Positions 10,589 through 22,108 of a DNA stretch of 61,898 nt are shown one piece after another; position 1 is the first letter of the stretch; the number at the start of each line of letters is the position of its first letter. Source of the DNA: Craspedostauros australis (taxonomy: Eukaryota); contig JALAGF010003123.1 of NCBI GenBank assembly GCA_030167865.1, forward strand, positions 1 to 61,898, read 5' to 3'. The position numbers and the translations under genes were made by a program. A model generated the notes under the pieces. That model worked only from the letters and a program-made list of their open reading frames with translations, was not told the origin of the DNA and did no database searches.

Positions 10589-12829
10589 TTACTTGTCCTT
10601 CGATAGTGCATTTGCTGTCTTCATCGTCCAAAGCGAAACGAGGATGCCAGTAGATCCGTACATCAGCGTCGCCACCAAGTCGATCGCCAGGACGTACATG
10701 AAGTGGAAGGTGTATCCGATGAACGATCCTGACGGATGTGGCGCATCCAACCACAGGAAACAGCAGACGAAGCCGAAAGCAATGCAAAAACCCGGTGTGA
10801 AGAAGAATATCCACTCCAATTGGCTGTCTTTTGCCTTGAGATCTTCTTGCGCGCGAGCACAGCTGGCCTTGACAAATGCAAACACTGCCAGGCAGATCTG
10901 GAAGCGGTATCCCAGGCTCACCGTGTACTGCTTCGTCCCGAGAATGAGGGCGGTTCGCATGGTCTCAGTGCAGATGAGGACCATGGGAATCGTCGTCCTG
11001 ACCACTATGGAAATGAGTCTGACAGCAAAATAATGATCTGCCTGTGTCACCCAAGAATTTGTGCGTGGTATTTGCAGATGGTAGCCGGCTTTGGCTTGTG
11101 AGATGCTGAGGAACGACCCTACGAAAACGAACACAACCGTGGCACAGAACCACACGACGCCCATGGCGATGGTGGCCGAAAAAGAGCTATGCGAGGGCAT
11201 TTCGAGATCGTGAGATCGTATCATCGTATCAGCGATACCGAGGATCAGGATAATGGTAGTAGGAAACAGCGTTGCGGTGAGAATCGCCGACGATTGCCAT
11301 GAACCCTGGCCACTGAATCCATGATGGAGACTGTGGGAAATGTATCCGCCGACAAGACCGCAGAGAGAGTAGAGCCGAAGACTTGCATTCAAGATCGAGG
11401 CGTGGTCAGATGCATCGACCATCCCAACCAAACAGGCCACGAGGATGAGCAAGACAGAGAATGTGAGCTGTGCACCAGTAGCAACTGCGGCATAGAACAG
11501 TGCCGGCATATGTGTTGGTGGATGGATTTCTCTGGTTGTGCGACGCGCTTCATCCAGCTCGCTCTTCAGCTCATGGTCTGTGTCGAGCGTCATGCGACTC
11601 TCTTCATCTCCAGTGTCCTCGATGTTCTTGGTATTGCCGCTGATGACATCGCTCTCTGCGTTGTTGGTGGTGGCGGTGTTGCGCATGAAATGACTTGCGA
11701 CGGGCATGTTGGAACGTGACGACATGGTGGCTACCACGCAAGTAGATGAGAATATGGCCAGCGCCGCCAAACACAAGCAAAACCTGGTCCACGTTTCTGA
11801 GGCTTCTTGCTCAGCGTTGGCCATTTCCCTAATCGAAGACGAGGGGCTACGCCAAGGAGATTGCCAGCTGGTCTCAGGTTTGCGCCAGATGACATCGAAG
11901 GTGAAGACAATGGTTTCGTTGGCCGCAATTCTTTGCATCTCTGTTGAATTGGTGATCTGGGTATGCGTGTGCTGCTTGTCGTGAAGGTACGAGTCTTGAC
12001 TGTCGATGTTGGGTAGTGTAAGACCATCTCTACCGGTGGACTCGGAGATACGGTTGCGAGGTTTGTTGTGGTTGATGCTGATCGGCTCCACGGCAACATC
12101 AACGATATTGTAGAATTCGAAAGTGCTAACTGGTCGGCGATAGACGATGTGGATGTTGACATGGTTGTGGATGTAGAAATACTTGTCATTGGCGTTGTAG
12201 TGGCCCATTGGGAATCCCCCGTTGTACATCATCCTGACTTTGGATGGATCATCAGTGCGGCTGATGCGGGCGGTGGGCAGAGCATCGATGACCCAGTTGT
12301 GATGATATCCATCAGCAATGCGTTGGCGCAGAATCTTGGCATCAGCAGTTGTGAGCTTGGTCTGGCACAGACGTTGGGAGTATGTGTCTTGCTTCATGCG
12401 GAGAGCGTATGGGCTGTTGGGAGTGTCGTGGACTGCGTTGGTGTTTTTGTCGCTGCTGCCGGCGACGGTTTGCGCGGATAGCCATCGCCATGCCGACGCT
12501 GGGGATCGATGAGTCGGCCACGCCGATGCGACATCGAGGTTGGATGGCTGATCTTGATCGTTCAGACCGCAGAATGGAAGACGGTGATAACTGGTTGGGA
12601 TGTGGGTCTGTTCCGAAGTCAAGGGATTGATGGCCATCGGGATTAGTTCGTTGGTTCTGAACGCACGAGGATGAAGTTTCTCGCTTTGGATCGAGATGAT
12701 ATGGCCGCGATGGGCAGTACGGATGCTCACTGTCAGAAGTTTCGAGCACAATAGAAGAAGTGCGCAGCCGATGATTGCGCCCGCATCGATGGGAGAGAAG
12801 GCAAGAAGCCTGCCCGCAAGCGATCTCAT
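10589..12829 (-). CDS. Divergent TM9SF/EMP70 (nonaspanin) family protein
   Basis: Luminal motifs 'YHRLPFC', 'NSPY', 'YHHNWVIDALP', 'GFPMG', 'YIHNHVNIHI', 'FTFDVIW', followed by about nine hydrophobic segments ('ATGAQL', 'GLVGGYIS', 'LFP', 'QIPR', 'GSTG'). The start is placed at MRSLAG; the ORF extends to 13165 through a minisatellite. Confidence 0.88.
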   Translation of the reverse strand: MRSLAGRLLAFSPIDAGAIIGCALLLLCSKLLTVSIRTAHRGHIISIQSEKLHPRAFRTNELIPMAINPLTSEQTHIPTSYHRLPFCGLNDQDQPSNLDVASAWPTHRSPASAWRWLSAQTVAGSSDKNTNAVHDTPNSPYALRMKQDTYSQRLCQTKLTTADAKILRQRIADGYHHNWVIDALPTARISRTDDPSKVRMMYNGGFPMGHYNANDKYFYIHNHVNIHIVYRRPVSTFEFYNIVDVAVEPISINHNKPRNRISESTGRDGLTLPNIDSQDSYLHDKQHTHTQITNSTEMQRIAANETIVFTFDVIWRKPETSWQSPWRSPSSSIREMANAEQEASETWTRFCLCLAALAIFSSTCVVATMSSRSNMPVASHFMRNTATTNNAESDVISGNTKNIEDTGDEESRMTLDTDHELKSELDEARRTTREIHPPTHMPALFYAAVATGAQLTFSVLLILVACLVGMVDASDHASILNASLRLYSLCGLVGGYISHSLHHGFSGQGSWQSSAILTATLFPTTIILILGIADTMIRSHDLEMPSHSSFSATIAMGVVWFCATVVFVFVGSFLSISQAKAGYHLQIPRTNSWVTQADHYFAVRLISIVVRTTIPMVLICTETMRTALILGTKQYTVSLGYRFQICLAVFAFVKASCARAQEDLKAKDSQLEWIFFFTPGFCIAFGFVCCFLWLDAPHPSGSFIGYTFHFMYVLAIDLVATLMYGSTGILVSLWTMKTANALSKDK

Positions 12830-12860
12830 TGTGAAGGCTGTCGCTGTCGTTGTTGTTGTT

Positions 12861-12980
12861 GTTCCTGTTGCTGTTGTTCCTGTTGCTGCTGTTCCTGTTG
12901 CTGTTGTTCCTGTTGCTGTTGTTCCTGTTGCTGGTGTTCCTGTTGCTGGTGTTCCTGTTGATGGTGTTCCTGTTGCTGTG
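12861..12980. repeat. 15-bp minisatellite x8 (GTTCCTGTTGCTG(T/G/C)T)
   Basis: Units start at 12861, 12876, 12891, 12906, 12921, 12936, 12951 and 12966, preceded by (GTT)n. Confidence 0.95.
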
Positions 12981-14342
12981 GCTGCATGTTTACTATTTTG
13001 TTGTGTTGTGGGTATGGGAGCGCAGTTGGTTTGTTTTTGTTTTTGTCGTCCTGAAAAGATTGCGGCACTGAGAGCGGATTGTGGGCCACGCAGTTGGTGC
13101 AAATGGGGATGCACAGCATCGTGAAAGACACCGCCACGCGTTTGCACCAAGGTGATGGCAAACATGCTCTGATCTTGTCATGGATGGACGTCAACAAAAA
13201 AACGTCCAGACAAAGCCGAACTGTTCCAAATCTTGCCAGCGACCGTTCGGCAGCGCGCTCCGCTGCGCACCTCGACTTTGACAAACCTGGGAAGACTCGG
13301 GCCCGAACGACGCTCGCGCACTGACGGCCGGCTCGCTTCAACGCGCGGACCCGTGCACAACACTGCCCCGATCAGCATTGTTCCCACCCTTCGATCGGTA
13401 CAAGAAACGCGCTATACAAGCCTGGAAGAACACGATCTGGACCAAAGCTTTTCTAAGGGCAGTGCTGTTGCTAGTATGCCCTGACAGTTTTGCGCGGACA
13501 ATTGCCAATGCAATCAAAGTGCCTTCACATCGTCTAAGTGTGGCAAGGACTGAGTGTGCAGGCTTTTCACATAACCGGAGGTGTTGGGGGGTGAAACCTG
13601 TCTGTTCTGAAAAATTATGTCTGCGCAGGGCGGTCATTTGCTCGGTGTGGAGAATGAAACGACTGCGATCAAAAGTGCCGCCACCACAGTGGCAGATGGT
13701 ACCTCGGCCATCACGGGTGCGCGCGAGAGTTTGATGGTAAATGCGCTGAGAAACCTTCATTGGCTGATCTGATCGTACTTTGTGCTCGCACAATGGAGGT
13801 CGCTCCCGTGTGTTGTCCGAAAATAACGAATCATCGACCTCCGGTAGGATAGCATACCACGCGCTCGAGTATTCGCGAGCTGTGAGTGCGAGACCTCTTC
13901 CGTTGTGATCCTGTGTCAGCTTGTTGGCACGGTTTCCAGTCGTGTTTGACGTGATCGCAATCAGGAGCTTGTCGTATCCACGACTCAGTGACGAGGCCGA
14001 AAAGTCGTGACCGAGGCAGCTGGTGTCGCAGAGCAAATTGTCCCGCGACGAAGGGCCATACGCAGTGTGGCAGAATGTCCCCACACATCGCTTTGCCTCT
14101 CTTGTCCAGAGGCGACCAGGGGCCGTCCAGATTCCCACCACCGGGCCTCTCTGCCCTCTCTATCTATCTCTGCCCTGGCGATTGCTTGCTGGTATGATAC
14201 ATACTAGAGCTACTCGTACGAGCTATCAATACGATTGATTACGCGTACGCACCGAAGTCGAGACGACGAACGTCAATTGTTGGAGTACGCAGCTGCAACA
14301 CATACAGCTAGTCGTACGTACCCATCACATCAGCTTCGAAGG

Positions 14343-16007
14343 ATGCAGTCTCCAAGAGGCGGCGGATCGCAGGCAGAGAATCGCGTGGGTGGCAACGGCA
14401 ACCACAGCTCATCGCTTCGCAATCTATTCGGCTCTTCCTTCCGCGATGTCAACCTCCACTGCGCATCGCCGAAGCCCCTGCCAGTTCAGGACCATGCTGA
14501 GATCAGAGGCCAGCCGCAGGAAGTGAGCATCAACACGGCGCTTCGCAACCTCCTCGCGAACAGCTCTTTTTCGGACGTCGAGCTCAAAGGGTTGGATGGG
14601 GTCACGGTCAGCGCGCACAGGGCCATTCTCGCCGCGAGGAGCCAGGTGTTCGAGAGGCTCCTGTTTGGGCAGTTCACGGAGGCGAAGGAGACGGTGGTGG
14701 CGCTGGGATACAACGGCGAAGTTTTGAAGGCCATCGTCGAGTACTGCTACACGGATGCGGTGTCGGTTCTGCTGGAGGAGAAAGGAAAGCCCTTCCCCAG
14801 CAGCAGGGTGGATGTTATCGTCAGCCTGTCATCGGCGGCGGACTACTTCGGATTCCCCAAGCTGAGCAACAAGGTCACCAACTGGTGCGCGCAGAAGATG
14901 GACGAACGCAAAGCGCTGGCGTGGGCATTTCTGATCGAGACAGATCAGCTGGGGGCGAATCCCGACCTGCTGTACTATGCCATGGATATCATCCGCAACG
15001 AGTTCATGGAGAGCTTGACCAAGGTGCGCGAATCGCCTTCGTACCTGCTGCATTTGACACCAGCGCTGCTGGAGAGCATCCTCGCCGACAACCAGATCAT
15101 GGCGGACGAAGTCGATCTGTTCGGCATGGTGGAGAGCTGGGTGAGATGTTGTGACGAAGAATCCGACGATCCGTTCCACAAGAGCGACCGCAGGAAGGAG
15201 ATCGCGAGAGACCTCGTTCACAAGCACGTGCGACTAGGCAGGATCACGCCATCCAACATCCGCGATATCGTGGAACCGACCGGCTTGGTGATGACGGAGC
15301 AGATCCTCACGGCCTACAGAAACCACGCGCTGCAGATGGAATCCAACATCCCGCTGCCCCTCATCACGAAACGCGGACCATGCTTCGAGAGTTCGCACGA
15401 GGCTGGATACTGGTGCACCTCCAGCGATCATTGCACGGAGCTGCTGCGGTGTCGCAAGCTGCGCTCCGGCATCCACGTGTGGTCCATCAAGGTGGTGATC
15501 GCGTGCGAATCCACGTGGCTGGGCGTCGCGGCGACGTCGGAGAAGATCGATCGTTCGGCGTGGCTGGGTAGCAGCGCCGGCGGATGGGTGTACGGTAGCA
15601 CCGGTTGTGTCTGTCACGCCCACCGCGGTCCGTACCAAGTCACGCATCCACCATTCGCGGAAGGCTGCGTCGTGAAATTTCGGCTCGATCTGACGCGGCG
15701 CGGTCAGCTGTACATTGCGCTGAGAGACAGCGATGAATACATGCTGTTCGACAACATGCTCATGCAAGATGGGAAGAACGTCGGTCGATCCTTCGTGCCT
15801 GCAATCTCATTGAAGGCCCCCGGCGCCGTGCAATTCCTTGGCTTTCATCCATCATCTTCCCAGGAGGAGCTGCCCATGAATTCTGACGGGTACCCGCAGC
15901 GCCCACCGATGCGAGACGGTTTGAGTACGGATTCCAGCCTTGACGACGTCAACAGCTCTTCATCGTCGTCATCATCGTCCTCATCTTCATCCTCCACCAG
16001 TTCGTAA
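14343..16007 (+). CDS. BTB/POZ-BACK-SPRY(B30.2)-like protein (putative Cullin-3 adaptor)
   Basis: BTB 'FSDVELKGLDGVTVSAHRAILAARSQVFERLLFGQF.E...LKAIVEYCYTD', BACK-like 'LESILADN..ADEVDLF..V.SW', SPRY-like 'SGIHVWSIKV..WLGVA..WLG...GWVY..FAEGCVVKFRLDL', and a poly-Ser tail. Confidence 0.88.
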   Translation: MQSPRGGGSQAENRVGGNGNHSSSLRNLFGSSFRDVNLHCASPKPLPVQDHAEIRGQPQEVSINTALRNLLANSSFSDVELKGLDGVTVSAHRAILAARSQVFERLLFGQFTEAKETVVALGYNGEVLKAIVEYCYTDAVSVLLEEKGKPFPSSRVDVIVSLSSAADYFGFPKLSNKVTNWCAQKMDERKALAWAFLIETDQLGANPDLLYYAMDIIRNEFMESLTKVRESPSYLLHLTPALLESILADNQIMADEVDLFGMVESWVRCCDEESDDPFHKSDRRKEIARDLVHKHVRLGRITPSNIRDIVEPTGLVMTEQILTAYRNHALQMESNIPLPLITKRGPCFESSHEAGYWCTSSDHCTELLRCRKLRSGIHVWSIKVVIACESTWLGVAATSEKIDRSAWLGSSAGGWVYGSTGCVCHAHRGPYQVTHPPFAEGCVVKFRLDLTRRGQLYIALRDSDEYMLFDNMLMQDGKNVGRSFVPAISLKAPGAVQFLGFHPSSSQEELPMNSDGYPQRPPMRDGLSTDSSLDDVNSSSSSSSSSSSSSSTSS

Positions 16008-16170
16008 CTAATATCATGGACTTTACCAATAATGTAATAATACAGGTTGAATACACGTAGAATAGCCAATAATACTCGTGCTATTGGAGAGTACAAGAAA
16101 CAGATGACATTGCTCACCCATCATGCTCGTACATAATTGGACTATATGCATTCCACTAGTATAGTACGTT

Positions 16171-17445
16171 TTATGTGGATGCCGCACCGCCGCATTCGGC
16201 AACGAACTCGTCAATCGTCTTGATCATGGCCTCTTGATCGAAATCGCCGGTGAAGACGCAGTTGCCAAGCTCCCCCTTGAGGAGGATGAGACGCAGCTGG
16301 CCGTTGGCGACCTTCTTGTCGGCCGCCATGTACTTGAGGAAGATGTCGCGGTTCATGGGTGAATCGACGGGCAACTCGATGGGCAGATTGCCGCGTTCCA
16401 GCAGCCGGTACGTGCGTTCCACGAGATCCTGATCGATCCAACCCATCATGGCGCTCATCGTGGCCGCCATGGCCGTGCCGATGGACACGGCCTCACCGTG
16501 CAGCCACGTGCCGTATCCCGATCCGCTCTCGATGGCGTGGCCGAAGGTGTGACCCAGATTCAACGTCGCCCGCAGACCCGCCTCCTTCTCATCGGCCTTG
16601 ACGACGTCGGCCTTGTTTTCGCAGGACCTCTTGACGGCGTAGCGCATGGCCTCGGCGTCACGCTGCAGCAGCTTCTCCATGTTCTGCTCCAACCACACGA
16701 AGAGCTCGGCATCGCGGATGAGACCGTACTTGACGATCTCCGAAATGCCGCTGGCCAACTCGCGATCCGGCAAGGTCGACAGGGAATCCGTGTCGATGAA
16801 GACGCACTGCGGTTGATGGAAGGCGCCGATCATGTTCTTGCCCAGCGGGTGGTTGACGGCCGTCTTGCCGCCGACGGAGCTGTCGACCATGGCCATGACG
16901 GTCGTGGGAATCTGCACGAAGTTGACGCCTCGCTGGTAGACGGCGGCCGCGAATCCCACCATGTCGCCAATGACGCCGCCGCCCAACGCCACGAAGGTGC
17001 ACTTGCGGTCCAGTCCCAGCTCCAGCGCCTTGTTGAGGATCATCTCCAGCACCTCCATTGACTTGTTCTCCTCGCCGTCGGGCAGCACGAGCGTGTGGAC
17101 CTCCTTGCCTTCGGCCTTGCCGATGAGCTTCTCGTACTTCTCCAGGTACATGGGCGAGATGCGGTCGTTCGTGATGATGAGCACCGACTTGCCGGCGATG
17201 TGCGACGCGATCATCTCCGACGTCTGCTGGTCATCGTATCCCGTTCCGATGTAGATGGGATAGTCGCGACCGTCCTCCAGATCGACGCGCACGACGTCGT
17301 AGTTCTTGTCCACGGCGGCGCTGCTGCTCATGGCCATCTGCGTCGTGCCGCGTGGTGCAGTGGCAACGCCGATCTGGAATGCAGCAACGACCGAAAGGCA
17401 GCTGGCGAGCACGGCCAACGTCGTTGTCACGCTGTGCATCTTCAT
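16171..17445 (-). CDS. aroB: 3-dehydroquinate synthase, plastid-targeted
   Basis: LPDGEENKS, ALGGGVIGDMVGFAAA, PTTVMAMVDSSVGGKTAVNH, EIVKYG, LNLGHTFGHAIE and HGEAV motifs. The signal peptide ends VVAA-FQ (ASAFAP-type bipartite presequence). Confidence 0.97.
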   Translation of the reverse strand: MKMHSVTTTLAVLASCLSVVAAFQIGVATAPRGTTQMAMSSSAAVDKNYDVVRVDLEDGRDYPIYIGTGYDDQQTSEMIASHIAGKSVLIITNDRISPMYLEKYEKLIGKAEGKEVHTLVLPDGEENKSMEVLEMILNKALELGLDRKCTFVALGGGVIGDMVGFAAAVYQRGVNFVQIPTTVMAMVDSSVGGKTAVNHPLGKNMIGAFHQPQCVFIDTDSLSTLPDRELASGISEIVKYGLIRDAELFVWLEQNMEKLLQRDAEAMRYAVKRSCENKADVVKADEKEAGLRATLNLGHTFGHAIESGSGYGTWLHGEAVSIGTAMAATMSAMMGWIDQDLVERTYRLLERGNLPIELPVDSPMNRDIFLKYMAADKKVANGQLRLILLKGELGNCVFTGDFDQEAMIKTIDEFVAECGGAAST

Positions 17446-17841
17446 CTTGTTTCGCCTGTACTAATGTTGCTGTTGCTGCCGTTGTTGTTGGTGTACGACC
17501 TGGGCACGAAGGTATGGACACAGCAATTGTGGGTTCCAATCATTCAACACATCAATGTGGCGTATCTCGTTGTTGTTCTTGTGGAGGTTGAACCAGAAAC
17601 GTTTGTGTCACGATTTTGGCGGATGGTGTCGCATCCCTTGATTCGATCGGATACATCGTTTGGCCTTCGTACGTGTAGTTATACATCGAAAGTAGAGTGT
17701 GTGCGCAACAGTTATGGCAGAATCCAGCTCGAACATTCAGAAACGTTCCACTATACGTGCACAAGAGACCACATACACATACACATACACGCACATGTGC
17801 ATGCATGCATACATGCATAATATTGTGTGCTACGTTGATGA

Positions 17842-19660
17842 TTACACCTCGGCTTGGGTGGGTGTGAGGCCGGGCATTTCCTCAGCTTGCGGATCAGCAG
17901 GAAGCGCCTCGCCCTCGTTCTGCAGCAAAGGTTCCGTGAGCTCTGTGAGGGCCGGTCCTGGCTGCGTTCCTGCCGTGGGGAAGAAGATTCTTCCGAACCA
18001 AGAAGAGGGCTCCACCTCCGTTGTTGCGGCAGCTGCTGGTGTTGTGGTCGTTGTGGCCTCTGCTGATGGCACCGTCTCGGTGATTGTTTCCGCAGAAGCT
18101 GCTGCGGCCGCGGTTGCACCGCGTGGAGCGCTCGTTCTGGAGAACGTGCGTTGCCACCACGACGGACTTTCTTGTTGCTGGTTCGGCGCTTGTTGCTCCA
18201 CCATCGCAAGTCGCCGGGCCAACCACGCGGGAACGTACATGTCCGTCGTTGCTGCACCCGCAGTTGCTTGCGCTGCGCCGTTGGTGGTTGGCGCATCCTG
18301 ACCAGTCTCTTCGGGTTCTTCCTCGTCCTCGAAAAGATCAATCTTGCACAGGGGACACGTCGCGGAGCGCTCCACCAACCACCGGGCGATGCAGTTTGCG
18401 TGGAAGGTGTGATCACAGGGCAACTTGCGCATTCGCACGCCGGGTTCGAATTCGTCGAGGCAGATGGAGCATTCGTGCATGTTGCCGTCGCAGGGGCAGT
18501 CGGCCACGGAGTAGGGGTAGGGCGGGTAGCTCTCGCGGACCTGTTGGTTGGTGAGCCGCCGTCTGCGCGGGCGCGGTGGAGGTTGCGGCTCGTCGAGCAA
18601 ACCGGCACGGAGGAAGAAGAGAAGGCAGCAGCAGGCGCAGGCGCTGAAGGTGGCGGAAAGCATGACCCACAGCATGATCGTCTTGTGAGACACGTCCGGC
18701 AGATCGCTGTCGAGGATCACCTTCGGGCCACCTTTGTCCATCGATGCTTCCGACTGACTCATGAGGATGTCCAAGAGCACGTATCCGCTGGTGTCGCTGA
18801 CATGCAGAACGGCCACCGTGATGTCGTCCTTGTGGTCGCCATCTCCATCGCCTCCCGAATGTTTCTTCTTCTTATGCCTTCGGAGCAAGCGATTGAAGGG
18901 AAGTGGCGTCGATTCGTCATCGTTGACATCACCGTCATCCAGTTCCGCCTCCGATGATGCGAAGACATCTTCATCTTCGACAGGTTGGGAAGGATGATCT
19001 TCGAGCATCGTCATGTCGTTCACCGGCGCGGATGTCGCCGACAACTCCAACACATTCGAAGCATCTGCATCTGCGACATCGGCATCCCTTGTGGCCCTGA
19101 GAGACTTTTCTCCATCAACGATGATGTACTTGACGAGACCTTTGGGATGTATTTGCGTCGAGGCCACGCGCGCTTTTTCCTCGATGGAGCATCCACCCTT
19201 TTTGACCATAAGAGCAACTGGATTTGATAGATTGATCGCCAGATTGATGGAACGATTGGTGGAGCGATCGATGGTCCAAGAAACCACAGTGAATGGCGCA
19301 GTGAGAATGAAAGCAAGTGATGTCAGAACGGTTGATTGGTTGGTTGGTCGATCGTATCATGCCGAAACCCTCTTCATGAATTGATTCAGTTGTTGCACAT
19401 GGCGCAGACTCACCTGGAATTGCATCGTTCGGTGTCACGACGCTCCATGTCCCCTTGCCGCACAGGTAGGGATTGGCGTTGACGACCTGCAAGTGACCGA
19501 GATACTGATATCCCTTCCACAGACTTGACCCAATTCTTCCATCCGGCTTGCTGGAGAACGATTGCTCCGTTTGCACGATGGTCACTGTTGCCTCCACCGC
19601 GAAGCGAGACAAGGCGGTCGCTGCGCAGAGCACGCGGAACAGGGCATTGCGGCCGAACAT
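17842..19660 (-). CDS. PA-TM-RING-H2 E3 ubiquitin ligase (RMR/RNF13-like), 2 exons: 19660-19414, 19217-17842
   Basis: Signal peptide, PA motif joined across the intron ('DAIP|VALMVKKGGCSIEEKA'), TM 'IMLWVMLSATFSACACCCLLFF', and RING-H2 'CSICLDEF...LPCDHTFHANCIARWL...CPLCK'. Confidence 0.92.
19218..19413 (-). other. GT-AG intron (196 bp) of the PA-TM-RING gene
   Basis: Donor G|GTGAGT, acceptor AATCCAG|; the phase-1 join restores the reading frame. Confidence 0.88.
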
Positions 19661-19965
19661 CTTGTCAGTCAGCTATGAGACGTTGGTGTGCGTGGAAGCA
19701 GTTCGGCTTGATGTGATTGTGCACTTGTTTGCGTGTTTGCACGATCGTTCGTATAATATAATATAGAATAATATAATAGATCTGATGGAACTGCAACAAC
19801 CTGAAGTTCTCCATCCAACTCCAACTCCAACTCCAAGAAGAAGAAGCAGAAGAAGCGTGAGTTGCTCCCTTCCTGATCTTCTCGCTGATACTGGTATTTC
19901 AATCTGCAGAGGAAGTGATGGCCCTGCTCCCTCTCTTCTCTCTCTCTCTTTCCTTTCTTCTCGAC

Positions 19966-20010
19966 TGCGTTCTGCTACGATGCGCTCAACTACGATGCGT
20001 TCTGCTACGA
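19966..20010. repeat. 15-bp tandem repeat x3 (TGCGTTCTGCTACGA) upstream of the PA-TM-RING gene
   Basis: Units at 19966, 19981 (variant) and 19996. A CT microsatellite lies nearby at about 20170-20196. Confidence 0.85.
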
Positions 20011-20724
20011 TCTGCACAAAAGAGGACTCCACGTACGACTATAATAGAATGTTCCGCTGGCACGATTACGGTATCTGCGATGAGCGGCGAAGGATGAATG
20101 GTATTAGATGACCGATTGTACGACACGAATGCAGCAACGTCGTGTGGAACCAGCACAGATGTGGCTTCTCCTCTCTCTCTCTCTCTCTCTCTCTCTTCTT
20201 CCTTGTGCTTCTGCCTCTCGCCCAGCCTCGCCTCTTGCCTTCCCTTGTTTCGTTCTTCCTTTGACTCTTCCTTTGTCTCCTCGTTCTGCTTTTTGTTCTT
20301 CCGCGCCTTCGGTTTCGTCTTGTGTCTCTTCTGCCTCCGCTCCGCGTCTTGCTTTCATGCGCTGATCGTTCGTGCATGATTTTTTGTGTCTTGTTTCCAG
20401 TTTCGTGTGAATTCTTCGTGACGCGACGGTTTATTATTAACGGCAGAGGCATCGACGATTCACGGGATTGACTTCGTTCCCGATTTCTAGCCTCTTTCCT
20501 GAAATACAAGTAGTCTAGGCCCTTCAAATATAGATCAATCGAGTACTAATTTGGCATGATCAACACTATTCCACCTGGTATGAACATATCTGCATTTAGT
20601 TGCACTGTTTGACTCTTCCAAATTCTGATATAATTCTGCTTTAATCATAGCATGAAGTTACAATGCGCATGGCTCCCACCAACGCGACATCCTCTTCGAG
20701 TCTTCAACTTCACTTCACTTCACA

Positions 20725-21763
20725 TCATGAGGCGCCCACGCACACCATCAGAACGGCCGGTCCGATGCGTCCCTCCAGAGGTTGCAATTCTGGGTGCATC
20801 TGCGAAGAATCCAACCATTCATGGGACGATAGATGCTCGCCGCAGACGTTGAGGAATTCGTGGAGCTGCCATGCCGTCGGTTCGCTCAGCAATATCCGCG
20901 TGCCTGGCTCCACGCATTGCGTCAGTTCCAGGAAGAAGTTCTTCCACTTGCCCCGCGTTTCCGTGATGACGTAGGAGATCAAGATCAGGTCGGCATGCGA
21001 TGCGATCCATGTTGCGTCATTGGTATCCCTGTTGCTGTCGCTGCTGATTTGTGCACCGTCGTTCGTTTCGCTTGGATCGTCTTGACGCGACATCAAGGAA
21101 CGTCGAATGTCACAGTACCCCATCGTCACCTTCGCAACCTGCTTGTCCATCAACACTGGTTCCAACCGCTCCAGCACGGCATCCTTCCATCGACCAATCA
21201 CATAATCCAACAGAATGATCTCGTCCACACGCCCATCCCCGAAATGCGCCAACGCCCCGACGGCATCGCAACCAGGCCCGCAGCCGATACTGCAAATGCA
21301 TCGCGTTGCATCGATTCCTCGCGCCTTCTGCAACGACGTCGCCGTCAGCATGGCGCGTTCGACGAACTTCTGTCGCGTGTATCCCACCAACGCATCGGCA
21401 TTGTCGAACATGTTCTGCGTCTGCGTGCCCTTGCTCATGTTGAACAGCAATTCGCGTGATTCTTCGTGCACGGCCGTGGCTGGCAATTGCAGCGCCTGGT
21501 AGATGGCGACGATGTACTTTAGATGCTGCGCGTTGGTGGCCGACGTGTCGTGCGGTTGCTGCAAATCATCGTTGAGCTCCTGACGAAAGGCATCGAGCTC
21601 CTGCGTGGCGCGTTCGATCCACACGTCGTCCTTGCGTTTGATGGCCTGCTGCAACCGGACTTCCAACTTGCGCAACTTGTGTTGCTGCTTCAGCCGTTTC
21701 TTCAGATTGCGTTTGTGTTCCTTCTCTTCTTTCGTGAGCGAGCTGTTGGGGGCTTTGTTCCCG

Positions 21764-21795
<32 letters not shown>

Positions 21796-21813
21796 AGATG
21801 TTGATGAGTCCAT
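20725..21813 (-). CDS. Class I SAM-dependent methyltransferase-like protein with basic coiled-coil N-terminus
   Basis: Motif I 'CSIGCGPGCD', acidic 'IILLD', 'ADLILISYVITE' and 'ILLSEP'; the N-terminus has polyQ and a K/R-rich helix. Confidence 0.72.
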
Positions 21814-22108
21814 CTTGATGATGGCATTGTGCTGTCCATCACTCAGTCAGATTGTGTCATCAACACAATTGTGAACGAATGAACGAACGAAATCACTGCA
21901 CAGCACATCCCAGTCGTTCGTATGTCTGTCTGTCCATCACGTTCGCTCCATCTCAAACGAAATGGACCTCACGCAACTGTGCTCTCTACGGATAGTGCAC
22001 GTATGACATTGCCAAAGCATGGTAACTTGCGCTACACTCTTACTCTCCGTGCCTGTGTCTCTATGGTAGAGAGATAATACTATTCATCTACATTCGTATC
22101 ATACGTGT

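Noticed and set aside
12861-12980. Possible CRISPR-like array
   Set aside because: Contiguous tandem units with no spacers, no cas genes, and a eukaryotic context.
13338-14141. 267-aa minus-strand ORF
   Set aside because: Non-ATG start, no recognisable motif, and located in a divergent promoter region. It cannot be supported without expression data.
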